The notes: generated by a model not told the origin, from the letters alone. Counted from the stretch's first letter, positions 12,182 through 26,349 are shown. The stretch: 64,000 bases of DNA from Octopus vulgaris (GCA_951406725.2 OX597826.1:9238001-9302000), one strand, 5' to 3'. Translations and numbers: made by a program.

Positions 12182-13445
12182 ATATTTTCATCTTAATAAA
12201 AATTATCAAGCTCCTTGCATAGTTCAGACAATTGTCAAAGCTTCTCTTTCTTTGCAGAGTTTATCTGGAACTGAAAGAATGGTTTCTTTTAACTTTAGAT
12301 AGACATTGTGAAAAGCATAGAAATGCATACCATTCTGAGACAGTAGACCAGATATTGAATGTTGACTAGCATCTGTAATAGCTGCAAACTCTTTTGTATC
12401 AAATATCTATAAAATTGATGGTTCAACCAAATTTTTCTTTAATGTTCAAAACAGATCAATGTTTCCTTCTTCCTTGAAATCTTGTGCTTTTTTTTCATAC
12501 GTTTCAAAACCTACACACTTTTTCAGAGAATGCCAAATAAATCGACCAGAAAAATCAGTTGTTCCTAAAATTTATTCCAATTCTTTCATACTTTCTGAGA
12601 ATTTTACCCCTAATATCTTCTTCACTCACATATCATCTGATTGAATATCATGTTTGGGGATCTTATAGCCTTGGAAGGTCAACTCCTCGGCATAAAAAAC
12701 AATTTTATTTTCAGTAATAACCATACCATATGGGGGGAGGGGGAATCTGTCCAAAATTGCGTAGGAAGTTGTCATCATCATCATTTAACATCTAGATCCA
12801 TAATATGCAAATTTAGTGTAATTTTTTGTTTTTAGTTTTATTTCAGCTTTATATCCTATTAAGCACTTATAGACAAATTATGTTTGATGAATGTGATGTA
12901 TCATTACATCTCAACAGATCCATTTTATTAAGGATCATGTTTCTTTTAACAATCACCAAGAATTATGGTAATTCTATATTTTGCAAAGTTTCTGTCTTTA
13001 AAGCAGTTTCAAACTTTCCCATTAGTTTGATCACTGAACCATCAAACTGTTTAAGGTTGTCATTACAAGATTCTAATTTGGGAGATCTTATTTTTATCCA
13101 GAGGTTTTTAAGAGATGATAGTAACAACATCACTGCTGGTGTCCATTTGCATCTCTGCACTTTAGTATTATTTAACTTAATGCGGGGGTCAGTGTGTTGG
13201 CATCACTGATTCCAGTGTTGAAGATATTTACATGACTCTTGGTCACTAACCTCATTAGCATCATCTTGTACACTTTCTCCAAAGATGGACTGGAAATGGT
13301 TCTTCTTTAAACAAATATTGATGTTAGACAATGCAAAAGAATGAAAAAAAAAAGGAGTTCTTCCAAAACAACTTTGAGAGATTATAGTACCATTGCTTTA
13401 TCATTGTAGTATTGCATATGTTTTGCATGACATTGCCCCGTGACT
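12182..13445 (-). pseudogene. Degenerate Gypsy gag-pol segment: zinc knuckle, aspartic protease, partial RT, RNase H
   Basis: Minus-strand motifs in order: ICLKKNHFQS; QMDTSS..NLWIKIRSPKL; GMVITENKIVFYAEELTFQGYKI; KELE*ILGTTDFSGRFI; TLKKNLVEPSIL*IFD; ITDASQHSISGLLSQNG; EREALTIV*. Many stops and frameshifts. Confidence 0.8.
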
Positions 13446-13844
13446 TAATCTTATGGTCATATTTGGTCTGCAGCTACGCTGAAGCAGTACATCAAATGGT
13501 TTAGTTCAACAAATTGACTCCAGTACTTAGTTTTCTAAGTCTGGTACTTATTCTATCAGTTTTCTTTGCTGAACCACTAATTTACAGGGACATAAACAAA
13601 CCAACACCAGTTGTCAAGCAGTGGTGACACACACACACATGATTAGTTTCTTTCACTTTCTGTCTACCAGATCCACTCATCACAAGGCTCTGATCAAGCC
13701 ACCCAGGCTATAGAAGACACTTGCTTAAGATACTGCACAGTGAGATTGAACCTGGAACCATGTGGTTGGGAAGCAAACTTCTTACCACATAGCCACATCT
13801 TTTTAACATGGTTTTTATATATGGAAAAGTTTTTTCTTTTCGGT

Positions 13845-14020
13845 ATGTTTTGCATATGACTACAGCTTAACTTTCTTATTCAGTTGATTAAACCAGTGGA
13901 CCACATGAAACTACTGATAAGCACTTCCTTAATGGGACTATATTAGTGGACTTGGGCAAGGCCCTGTGTGCAGGATTAGAAATACAATCTTTCTAACAAT
14001 AATGATTTCTTATTAACAAT
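13845..14020 (+). repeat. Putative right LTR of the Gypsy remnant
   Basis: Diverged direct repeat of 11720-11910. Confidence 0.5.
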
Positions 14021-14347
14021 GGCATAGCAGTCTTGTCCCTGGCCAGACTGAAGCATCTTGTTTATTTTGTCTACATTTTTTTTTTTTTTTAAATAAAGAA
14101 AAAAATTTTAAAGGACACATTCTATAATGTAGTCCTAGGAACACGATTGTTTCAAGCAGGGCTTTTTAGATAAAGAAGAAAATTAGAAAAGGAAGCAGGT
14201 TGGTTGGTTGAAAGTCAGGCTGCCGAGTGGAAGGTAAAAAAGAAAAAGGGTAGCTAATGAGCAAGTGGACAATGCAATTGATTAAAAGTTATTGTTGACT
14301 TTTTGGATTATGTTAGCATGCATTTAACTGTATGTTCCTTTGTACAG

Positions 14348-14382
14348 AAGACATCTGTGAAAAAGTTTTTACAATGATGGAC
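14348..14382 (+). CDS. Candidate short exon (E)DICEKVFTMMD, resembling the entering helix of an EF-hand
   Basis: tttaac...gttcctttgtacag acceptor and GAC|gtgaat donor. Only one frame is open. Confidence 0.3.
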
Positions 14383-15858
14383 GTGAATGGTCACTGGTCA
14401 AAACACTGAGATACAGGAGGTTGGGTAGGAGAAGATTAATTTCTATGTAAACACACACACACATAAGTGCAATGACGCACACACATATGAATGCACTACT
14501 TCTGTAGTGCATGCGCATATACAAATATACCACACACACATCTTTGCTGAGGAAACTGTCATTTCTATCTATGTACACACATACACACAATGGTACAATA
14601 ACATGCACATCTTTACTGACACATATACCAACTTTTCTATGTACACACTGGTACACCATATGCATAATTTTTTTTTTATATACATTCACACTGCTACTAC
14701 AATACACATGCACACACATACACATACACACAATCATTAATTTCTTTGGACTACATTGTTCAGTGTGTTTTATTTTTCTTAAAATATGGCATGATTGCCA
14801 GGAGATTTGGCTGCTATTTCTAGCACTTCAAATGGCCACATAGAAACCCCTCATCAGCTCATTATTTAGCTTATTCTGTTCTTTGGTCCTTCTGAACTGT
14901 TTTCATGAGGCCACAATACACTGCCAGTTATCAAGTGCGAACTTAGAAATTTTGCATCACTAATCCGAGTTCTTAACCAGTCAGTCAGTCATTGAGGTTG
15001 GTTACGTTTATCTGTATGCTTATCTGCATGTGTATTTTTATGTCTATTAATTAATTCATTTGTATTTAAAGTTGCATCTGCACTCCATCAATAACCTAAG
15101 TTTCAAATTTCTGCTTTCCTAATAAGTGTTAGAAAGGCTGTCAAGTAAATGTGCATACTCTACTGTATGTATTGAGTAATTTTTCCCATTGTTTGTAAAT
15201 TCGAACACACAGTGTGCATGTGTGTGTGTGTCTGTATACATGTGAGGATGCATAAAATCATTGCAGCATAAGAGAACACAGGACAATAAGCCAATATGTT
15301 TGCAGTTTACGTCCTATTACTCTATTTTGTTATGTCTCCATCAATGACACTTAATTCTCCAATGGCACAGTCCATCTAGCCGAAAGTAGGTACTCAGAGT
15401 TCAGAGGCAAAGTGAAAATCACAAAGCATTACATCCAACATTCTAACAACACCGTTGCTAATTTGCCATCTTAGTGTAAATATGTAAAGATATATTGTTT
15501 GTTGTTTAGTTTAGCCCCAGGTCAATTCTAATTGAGCAGACTTTATGATCAGACATCCCTGTTGTGAACTTACCCCCATTTTGAAGATATCTAAGACTGT
15601 ATTGTCTTATTTAAGAAGGCATAGTGTGATTTGAGGAAGGACATTATTTTGGCTGCTATTTCTAGCAGGTCAAGTAACCACAAGGAAGCACTTTCATTAC
15701 TTTGTCAACGTGGCACTGTTGTATAGTTTTGATGTTCTAAGCCTTCTTCTTTCACATGTAACAGCAGCCCTTGGCACTTTCAACTTTCTGGTTTCATTCC
15801 ATTCATCATTTAAAGCAGACATTGCATCTTTTGTGTCTCCAGTTATTTCACATTCTTC

Positions 15859-15904
<46 letters not shown>

Positions 15905-16884
15905 CTAAACATCATCATCATTATCATCATCATCCTATGTAGGCCTCAATATTATAAAGAAACATCCTCAACTGATTTGTATTACAAAAAGAATCAAAAA
16001 TATTCTACACAGAAAGAATCTTTTGAATATTCTGTTTTTATTTTTGTTTTACTGTTTCAACATCATCTCTTATGTTATTTTTCTAAATTATATTTCAATC
16101 ACAATATTCTCTAAATATCTTCAAGTGCCATATTCCTTTAAGGAAAATATGCTAACACGCACAAATATTAGGTAGAGCTGTACCAGGTCAAAATACTTAC
16201 TAGACTAAATAGGCTCCAAGGTGGTAGGTACCTCAGTAGGGCCACAGTTCCGTGACTGAAACCAGTAAAGGAGGTTTTGTCTATGACACACATCAAGTGC
16301 ACTAAATATTATTTACCTTTTTGTGACAAGACATGTCTTTTAACAAATGATCAGCCTACTTCAAAAGATGAGAGAATAGAAATAGTGGCATTCATGCCTT
16401 TCCTTATAGCATTAGAAGTGTAAATGAAAAGAGATATCACAAGGAATCAAAATTTGTTCTGGTATTCAGTTCACCTATTCTTCAGTACAGGTGAACTGGT
16501 TATTCCATTCCTACACAAACACGCACACACACATGCATGTTCACTTTTGTGGGCCACATTCCTAATGAAATAATAATTTCAAATTTTAGGGCAGAGCCAG
16601 TAGCTTTTGAGGGGAAAGTGAAGTCAGTTACATTGCTTCCAGTTCTTGGCCGGTACTTATTTTATTGACCCCCTGAAGAGATGAACGGCAAAGTTGACCT
16701 CAGCAGAATTTGAATGTAGGACATGGAAATGGATAAAATGCTGCAAAGCAGTTTGTCCAGCTTGCTGTCTGACATTCCTAATGAAATAATGCAACTTCTC
16801 CACATATCAAAGAAATGTGTTCCTGAATCTTGCTGTAATGTATAATTCTCTAGTGTGAAACTTCCATGTTGCACAGAGGTCAGT

Positions 16885-17630
16885 AGGAAATGTGCTTCTC
16901 ACTATGGGATTCCAAATGATAGATTTTCAGGAATGTAGCATTTCTGCAATGCAGGGAATGCTTATACAAAGCTTTTGTGATCCAATTAATTTTCTTAGTG
17001 TTCGTAAATTTCATGAGATTTCATCTTTATCAATTAAGTTGGTTTTTGGAACACAACTTAAAAATAGTGGGTCTTGCATAAAATTATAATGGAAAATTTA
17101 ATTATTATATATGAACAGTTTAAAATGAGAAGTTTTGTATCAGAACCAGATGTTCTCTTAGGTTATCAAATGTATTATACATATAGTTTGGGTCATGCTT
17201 ACTATTTTGTTTTTCAGTATGATTTTAAAATTTATTTTGTCACAATTTTGATCTCAAACTGTGTTGAAAGTTATATTGCTACACTTTAAGAAAATCATGT
17301 TGCCAACTAACCCATTCATTTAGAGCATTTGAAATCATTGGAAGGTCATGAAGTTGTGTGGTAAAAGATTTCTGGCAATGTATCTAAAACTGAAGTGAGC
17401 TACAACCAACGGGTGTGTTTATTGACAGTGTGACTCTCCCAAAGTATAACAATATGAGTTCTAAGAGTTATCCACAACTAAAAGTTTTTAGCAATAGAGT
17501 AAAAACTGATGATCAAGAGAATTCTAAAATGATTTGATAAGTTCAAATTGCCAAGAGGAGTGAAGAAAGTAAGATTTTTGGCCATCAGCAAAGATTGAAG
17601 GAAAGAGAAAAGTTGAGGTGGTGGTGAGGT
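16885..17630 (+). pseudogene. Possible highly decayed LTR-retrotransposon integrase region ending in a purine-rich tract
   Basis: SHYGIP motif resembles integrase F..G.P. Purine-rich AAGGAAAGAGAAAAGTTGAGGTGGTGG at the end. Very degenerate. Confidence 0.25.
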
Positions 17631-18133
17631 ATCACTTGAACTGTAGGTAAACACGTATACATTACATATGCAGATATGTAATTATAGCATAGTTCTTTCC
17701 TACTGACTCAGTATTAATTACATACATATGTCAACTGCATTTTCTCCCATCTTTTATGCTCTGTGTCAGTTGTACTTTTGAATAAAATTATTACTTCATA
17801 TCTATGTATTGACTTCCCTGATGTTTAAAATTGTTTTACTCCATGTATATCTCCATCCTCATTTAATGTCCATTTGCTTCACTGTTATGGATCAGACAGT
17901 TCAACAAGAACTGATGAACCAGAGAACTGCACTGATCTCCAGTGTTTGTCTTTCACATGGCTTCTATAGCTGGATGCTCTTCCTAATGCCAACCACTTTG
18001 CAGGGTGTGTGTTGGATGCTTTATTCATGACACTGGCACTTGTGAAGTCACCAAGTAACTTATAAAATAAGATACTCTCTACTGAGTAGGTGGGGTATAG
18101 CATTAAGGGAGGTGGCTTTATGCCAAGTGTTGA

Positions 18134-18513
18134 GGTGTAGGAGCAGCTGTGTGGTAAGTAGCTTGCTTACCAATCACATGGTCCGGGGTTCAGTCCCACT
18201 GCATGGCACCTCGAGTGAGTGTCTTCAACTATAGCCTTGGGCCGACCAAAGCCTTCTGAGTGGATTTGGTAGATGGAAATTGGAAGAAGCCTGTCGTATA
18301 TGTGTATGTATGTGTGTGTATATGCTTGTGTATGTGTTTGTCCCCCTAACATTGCTTGACATCCGATGATGGTGTTTACATCCCCATAACTTAGCAGTTC
18401 AGCAAAAGAAACTGATAGAGTAAGTACATAGAGTTGATCGCTTCAACTAAAAACCCTTTAAGGCAATACTCTAATATGGCTGCAGTCAAAATGACTGAAA
18501 CACGTAAAAGAAT
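18134..18513 (+). mobile_element. SINE family A, full length
   Basis: Same head, body and tail as 57211-57614. Confidence 0.9.
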
Positions 18514-18671
18514 ATTGTATACCTATGAAGACAGCAACAGGCATTGGAAAAAGTTACTTATTAGAAATATAAGTCAGTTAAAGAAATTCTGTAAATTAGT
18601 GCGATATTTAAAAAGAATACATTTTCCCCAGAAAATCTTGAGAAATTTTATTTTAGGTTCTGTGTCTATTT

Positions 18672-19083
18672 ACTCTTTTACTTGTTTCAGTCATTTGACT
18701 GCGGCCATGCTGGAGCACTGCCTTTAGTCGAGAAACTTGACCCCGGGACTTATTCTTTGTAAGCCCAGTACTTATTCTATCGGTCTCTTTTGCTGAACCG
18801 CTAAGTGATGGGGACATAAACACACCAGCATCGGTTGTCAAGCAATGCTAGGGGGACAAACACACAAACACAGACACATACACACACACACATACATATA
18901 TATATATGTATACATATATACGACAGGTTTCTTTCAGTTTCCGTCTACCAAATCCACTCACAAGGCATTGGTCGGCCCGGGGCTATAGTAGAAGACACTT
19001 GCCCAAGAAGCCACGCAGTGGGACTGAACCCGGAACCATGTGGTTAGTTAGCAAGCTACTTACCACACAGCCACTCCTGCGCC
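18672..19083 (-). mobile_element. SINE family A, full length, young (CpGs retained)
   Basis: Reverse complement begins GGCGCAGGAGTGGCTGTGTGGTAAGTAGC and ends GAAACAAGTAAAAGAG. Confidence 0.92.
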
Positions 19084-19316
19084 TATTTATTAATTTTTTT
19101 TGTGTGTGTTTTATGAAGCTCAGTTTGAAACCTTTTAATTGCTTGAATACAACAATTGTAAGTGAATCAACATGCCTGGCTCAACTAAGGAACTCTTAAA
19201 AGATCTTCAGCGTCTTTAAAAAATAATTTATCCAGGGTAGAGTGAATTCATGTGCTTGTATTTAAGGTATATTAATAAGCCCACGCAATGGCCATGTACA
19301 GCTACTAGTGTGTGCA

Positions 19317-19351
<35 letters not shown>

Positions 19352-20471
19352 GTATATATATATCTATCTTTATCCCCTCACTTGTCAGCATCAGTGTCTT
19401 AACTTTAATAGATGTAATCTGTAATAAGTTTTGCTTTTGGTGTTGAAATACATGTTGGGATTGGGATGTTAAGGTAGCTTACGATTATAAAAGCCCTTTT
19501 GCTGGTTTCCCCGACAATCCCCACCATGGGGGCCCACAGAGGAAATACATTAACTATCCATGCTCCAAAGGAAGCGGTGGCTTCTTGCTGATTCCTTCAT
19601 TGCATTTTCTATCAATGACAGCTTGTATTTCACATTTTCCAGTTTGTCTGTCTGTCACTTCGACATACCAAACAATAATAGTTACAGTGTCAAACAGATT
19701 TCTGTTTATATATCTTCTTCTCTGTGTTGGTCTGTTTGCTTGCTCGCTTGCTTGCTTGTTTGTTTACTCTATTGTCTTTTGTTCTTGTTTTCTTTTTTTT
19801 CTTCCTTCCTTCTTCCCTTTTTGGTTAGTAACACTGCCACCATATCTGGCACCACCACAATCATTATAGCACCATTTACCATTATCCATTACTATCGCTG
19901 TTATCTACATATACACAGTTGTTACTGACATTACTACAATTACTACAGCAAATAATATCCCTACTGATCCCTACCGTCACCAACAGTGCCACCAACACTA
20001 CCACCACCATCATCACAATCATTACCATATGGCCTATGAAAGTGAGGTATAGGGGTACATAAGGTGGGGGTAGGGGTAAGAATTTCCCTGAGATTTCAGA
20101 AAATGTTTGCATTTATTGAAGACTGCCATTCACAGAAGAGAAGGAATCCCCTCACCCCCAATGAAACATTGTGTACCCCCCAAAAATTCTCTGAGATTTT
20201 GCATTCACCTTTTTCATACAATTTGTGACTGTCACCATTAATTTTACTTCCCCAAGCCATCATCATCATGGCAGAATTGTTACATGCTTAGCAGCATTCC
20301 TTCTGACTTTACATTCTGAGTTCAAATTCTGCTAAGGTCAACTTTTCCTTTCATCCTTTCGGGGTTGATAACGTAAGTACCAGTGTAATACTGGGATCGA
20401 TGTAATTGACTCATCCCCTTTCTCCCAAACATGGCTGCCCTTGTGGCAAAGTTTGAAACCATTATTATTAT

Positions 20472-20645
20472 GGTTCAATATTTAAGAGACATGGAATTAT
20501 GTACATTATTTACATTTGATGGATATTTGTCCTCATCTTGTTTGTTGTTAACACAATGTTTTGGCTGATATACCCTTCAGCCTTCATCAGGTGTCTTGGG
20601 GTAATTTTGAACCTTGGTTCTCATTCCTAAGGTATTTTTCAATGT
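20472..20645 (-). mobile_element. Short Penelope pLTR-like repeat containing a minimal hammerhead-like motif (20550-20595)
   Basis: Minus strand reads GACAC-CTGATGA-A-GGCTGA-agggtata-TCAGCC-AAAA-C-ATT-GTGTT. Confidence 0.6.
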
Positions 20646-20652
20646 TCCTTCC

Positions 20653-21306
<654 letters not shown>

Positions 21307-22552
21307 TATTGCAGACCCATTACATGCTTATCAGCATTTTTTCCAGCTTTACATTCTGAATTCAGATTCCACCAAGGTTGACTTTGCTTTTTTCATCCTT
21401 TTGGGGTTGATAAAATGAGTACCAGTTGCACACTGGGGTTGATGTAATCGACTCATCCTCTCCTCCAAAACTGCTGCTCTTGTGGCAAAATTTCAAACCA
21501 TTATTATTATTATATTGAAAAGGCAGCAATCTGGCAGAAAGGTGCCAGGCAAAATGCTCAAAATGCTTAGCAGCATTTTGCCCATCTTTACATTCTGAGC
21601 TCAAATCACACTGAGGTTGGCTTTACCTTTCGTCCTTTCAGGGTTGATGAAATAAATACCAGTTGATCACTAGGGTCAATGTAATCGACTTACCTCCTCC
21701 CAACAAACTTGCTGCCCTTGTGCCAAAATTTGAACCTTTATTATTATTAATATTTCATTCGTCTTCACGTTCTGAGTTCAAATTCCACCGAGGTTGACTT
21801 TACCTTGCCTTCTTTTGGTGTTGATAAAATAAGTATTAGTTGTGTAAATCGATGTGACTTACCGCTACCCAAATTTCAGGCCATGTGCCTATAGTAGAAA
21901 GGGCTGTTGTTGTTGTTATTATTATTGTTATTATTATTATCATCATCTACTTTCAACCAGTGCTGTCTTTATCTTCTATTCGTCATTATTGCTGTGTCTA
22001 TCATTCACCATTAACTACCTACTTTCTCCACTGTCATCATTATCATCCACAGACTTCACTATCATTACTTACTACTACTGCCTCCCTCTCCACCATCACT
22101 ATTACACCTATTTCTGTTTTTATCACTAGCCAATGAGGAGGAGACTGCTAGAAATAGCAGCCAAATCTCCTTCAAGCCATATTGTACCCTCTTAAAAACA
22201 AAAGACACATTGGATAAAATGCGGTCTTAAAAGCTCTGCGTCTGAAATAAAAAGCAATAAAAGATTGTCTCTAGAATACATTTGATTATAGTTCTGCTGA
22301 ATCAAAGTGACCTGGGGCTTAACGACAACTGCAGCAGAGACAGCTACAGCAGACACTGCATTATGATTATTGATGTCACCATCCATATCAAGCTGATCAT
22401 TATTTCATACATCATTACTCTTGTGATCACCAAGCCCTACATTTACCATCACCACCAACAACAACTACAACAACAACACCATTACCATCACCACCACCAC
22501 CACCACCATTTCTTCCAGTTTTATTCACCTTTTGATTTATTCTGTATTTCAG

Positions 22553-22586
22553 ATGGACAGTTCTGGTTATTTATCAAATACTGTTG
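22553..22586 (+). CDS. Candidate 34-nt exon (MDSSGYLSNTV in phase 0)
   Basis: tttattctgtatttcag acceptor and consensus TTG|gtaagt donor. All three frames are open. Confidence 0.4.
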
Positions 22587-22911
22587 GTAAGTCTCTACAC
22601 TCTTTAACATTGTTCTTTAATGTTTTCAGTTTTTGTATATTGATGTGCAATGCACACACACATGCACACAAATCATTGTTTTAATGTACACTTTTCCACG
22701 CTGGCATGGGTCAGATGAAGTTTGTTGAGGCAGATTTTCTGCTGTTGGATGCCCTTCCTGTTGCCAACCCTCGTCTGTTTTCAAGTAATATTTTCCCTAG
22801 TCCTTTAAACCCAAACAGCTCAGTGGCCAGGCTTGATTTCATGAAACATTGCAAAAAGTCAACATTGAATTTACTTGTGTGATGATAATGCTTTTTTACA
22901 ACTAGCACATG

Positions 22912-22960
<49 letters not shown>

Positions 22961-22996
22961 CCATCCATGCCATCATGGAAAATGAATATTAAAGGA

Positions 22997-23033
<37 letters not shown>

Positions 23034-23320
23034 CACAGGTGTTGTGTGCTTCAGAAGCTTGCTTCCTAACCACATGGTTTCAGGTTCAGTCCCACTGCAT
23101 GACACCTTGGGTAAGTGTCTTCTTCTATATCCCAAGAGTAACCCAAGCCTTGTAAGTGGCATGAAATCATTTTTAACATTCTGACCAGTAACATGCCACA
23201 GCCAATGATATACTGCTTGACAATGTAAAAATATAACTGCTCTAGTTCTCTTTTAGACTATATTTTTCTGGCACACGGACAACTAATAATAATAACAATA
23301 ATAATAATAATAATAATAAT

Positions 23321-23694
23321 AAGTGGGGGAGCATCATAACCATGTATTGAGAGAGATTCTTTGGCGGTTTAAATAATTCACTTCTGGAAACATGGGTGTT
23401 TTGCTCAACATCCTTAACCAACCCTTATTCAGGTACCTTTTGAGCCGGATGGGTTACTCGATCAGAAGAAAATTATAACTGGGCCCCCACTTGCAAGGTC
23501 ATGTGCTGTTTATCTTGATATAAGATCACCATGTTGCGCACACATGGTTGTGATGCCTGTGCCTAGTGTAGCCTTATCAGACGGTTAGTCATGATGGGTA
23601 TACTGGGCTTTGTATATTTTATCCCAGTGTCACTTTGATGGCATGCACAACTCTCTCACTCAATAATAATAATAATAATGATAATAATAATAAT
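23321..23694 (+). mobile_element. 5'-truncated non-LTR retroposon 3' end with (TAA)n tail, lying between TAA repeats (R4/Dong-like behaviour)
   Basis: Flanked on both sides by (AAT)n. Its 5' part is homologous to the reversed fragment at 48505-48650. Confidence 0.55.
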
Positions 23695-23929
23695 ATAGGT
23701 AAAATAGTACAAATGGAGTTAAGGGAATAAGAGACAGCTATTTGGACAACATGAGATATTGCAACAGTAAATAAAAATTCCAAAAGGGATGGACAAAATG
23801 TGAGCAGAGATAAATAAATAAATAAAATGAACATAAAAACTTTTATGCTTTGGAAAGGGAAAGAAGTAGGCTGGGGATTCAGGTGAACATGTCACACGCA
23901 TGCACACACACACATACACGTATGTATGT

Positions 23930-24161
23930 ATGGTGCCGGGGCCAAGTGAAAAGCACTGGTGCTGGTGCCATGTAAAAAGCACCCAGTACACCCTATAAGG
24001 TGGTTGGCATTAGGAAGAGCATCGAGCTACAGGAACCAAGTCAAAACAGACTATGGAACCTGGTGCAGCCTGTGACCTTGCCAGTTCCTGTCAAGCCATC
24101 CAATCCATGCCAGCATAGAAAATGGATGTTAAATGTAGTTGATGATGATGATGATGATGAT
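23930..24161 (+). mobile_element. Family B retroposon with (GAT)n tail
   Basis: TGGTTGGCATTAGGAAG...CATGCCAGCAT...GATGATGAT. Confidence 0.8.
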
Positions 24162-24368
24162 GTAATATTAGTAGTAGTACTATTCCTTTCTGTAGAAGAG
24201 TGTTAGTTCAAAAATGTCAGACATTTTCATTTTCCCTAAGCTTCAAACTAATATATCTTGTTGTTGTTCTCTCACCTGTCTGTCTTTTTTTTTTCTTTTT
24301 GTACAATTTCAAACCATATATATGTATGTATTTATATGTATGTCTTCTCTTCCTGATTGGAATTACAG

Positions 24369-24431
24369 AGTTTATTTTGATGACTAACCTGCTTAGTGGC
24401 AAAGCAGTAAAGGAAACAAAAAATATCAATG
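24369..24431 (+). CDS. Candidate 63-nt phase-1 symmetric exon (E)FILMTNLLSGKAVKETKNIN
   Basis: tcttctcttcc...attacag acceptor, weak ATG|gtatct donor, single open frame. Confidence 0.25.
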
Positions 24432-25444
24432 GTATCTTGTTCTTTTCATTACACCTTACACAACCATTCATCCCTTAAATTTTATGAAGTTCTTGCAGAT
24501 TTTTATTCTCCCAGACATGGTAATTACCTGCAGCATATAAATTATGGACTTACATTCAGTCTCCAACTTCAGCTATACTTTCATTCATATGCGTTCATAT
24601 GTAACTGGTCACTTAAAGAGTAACAGGTATAAAGATGAAAGAATATTTTGGATAGTGAACACTATGTGTGTGTGTGAGTCTGTATTTATGTTCTTCACAG
24701 AATTCAAGCCAGTCACTAATAAAAGGACAAGACATATTTTTTTTTTCGTAGTTAAGATAATTCCAGGTGTTTATGAGTATATGAGTGAGATAGTGTGTAC
24801 ATACTTGTTGATGTATATTTGGATATACCTGTATTTATGTAATGGGTGCATGTATGTTTCTTTAGTGCATGTTTGCGTGAGTGCATGTGTGTGTGTGTGT
24901 GTGTGTGTATATAGTGATTATTCTTTATGTATCTGTATGCATATGCCATATCCGCATATGTGATTGGTACATATGTTTATTCGAGAAACCTCAAAGGGAA
25001 AAATCTTTGGAATGTTTTACTAATGTCCACTGTACTACTAATCAATTGTATTTGAAGGATGGGAATCAATTTGCTTGCTTTTCAGGCCTTTATGCAAATT
25101 TGTTGTTATATAGCCCTTTGCACTGTGATACTAGGAACCAATGACAATCTATAGCAAGGATAAGTTCCACTGTAGTTCATCATGATGTTCTCTTTTTGTG
25201 TTGGGCAGCAGCCGGTCTCTGCAACAGAGTATGGCTTCTGTTTCCTGTCCCACACAACATCAGGTGTGTTATGTTTGCACTGAATTGTTATTTTTATTGG
25301 AATGCTCCCCCCAGTATTCTATTTGGTGACCTCACTGCAGGGTGGTGGTACATGCAAAGTACCCAGTGTACTCTGTAAAGTGGTTGGTATTAGGAAGGGC
25401 ATCAAGTCATAGAAACCATGCCAAAGCAGACAGTGGGAAGCTTC

Positions 25445-25775
25445 CTTCACCAGGTTTGGAAGGCTGCTTCTCTTGCACATCTATAAGGTTAACTGTCTTC
25501 AGATTATCTTGGAATGTTTTCCACCAAGTGATTTTTGTCTTGCCTCTTTTACACCTGCTAACTGGTGGTACTTAAGTCATGGCTGTTTTTGAGTAGCATT
25601 GATCAGATAGTTGGGGAATGGGGCCAACCAGGTAGAATTGGCACTCTGCTGCAATCTGTTGCAATGGTCATGACTGCATTTTTCTCAGAATCATCTCATT
25701 TGTGCCACAACCTTACCGGTTGACCCTCAAGATCTTTCAGAGGTACCTTTGTTGGAATGCATTTAGTTTTCTACC
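25445..25775 (-). mobile_element. RTE-clade LINE ORF C-terminal remnant
   Basis: Minus translation KLNAFQQRYL*KILRV...TNEMILRK...RCKRGKTKITWWKTFQDNLK is typical of an RTE C-terminus. Confidence 0.7.
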
Positions 25776-25812
25776 CATTTTTACTGTGCTCTCCTAGTGT
25801 GTGTATAATATA

Positions 25813-25859
<47 letters not shown>

Positions 25860-25862
<3 letters not shown>

Positions 25863-26036
25863 TCAGGACAATTCCCCCACCAATGACAACTAACCCTAGG
25901 ACAATTACCCCCTTGGTTAATTACCCGCCTCCTCTTCAATATATTAAGAAGTTTTAAATCATCATCTGTTGTCCTCAAGGTGTTATTGTTCTTGGCGGGG
26001 TTATTGTCCATGGAGGGGGATTAATGTCCTAGACTC
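25860..26036. mobile_element. Small TIR element (MITE) with GGACAATT(A)CCCC subterminal repeats
   Basis: Left end has AGGACAATTCCCCC and AGGACAATTACCCCC. Right end has GGGGTTATTGTCC and GGGGGATTAATGTCCT. Confidence 0.55.
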
Positions 26037-26047
26037 GTGTATATGAA

Positions 26048-26349
26048 GGTGCATGGCCAAGTGATTAAGGTATTCAGCTCAAGATCGTAAGGTCGTGACC
26101 TTGATACTGGTGACACATTGTGTCCTTGAGCGAGACACTTTATTTCACTTCACTCCACTTCACTCAGATGGAAAAAATGAGTTGCATCTATATTTCAAAG
26201 AGCCAGCTACGTCACATTCTATATCACACTGAATCTCCATCAGACCTACATAAAGGGTATGCGTGTCTATGGAGTGCTCGTTAAGTTTATGAGCAGGCTG
26301 TTCTGTTTATCGGATTAACTGGAACTCATCATCATAACCGATGGTGTGC

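Noticed and set aside
18835-19199. Recurrent ORF peptides such as SVSVYQIHSQG...EDTCPR and RLPNPLTR...YSRRHLPK
   Set aside because: They are translations of SINE family A and recur at every copy.
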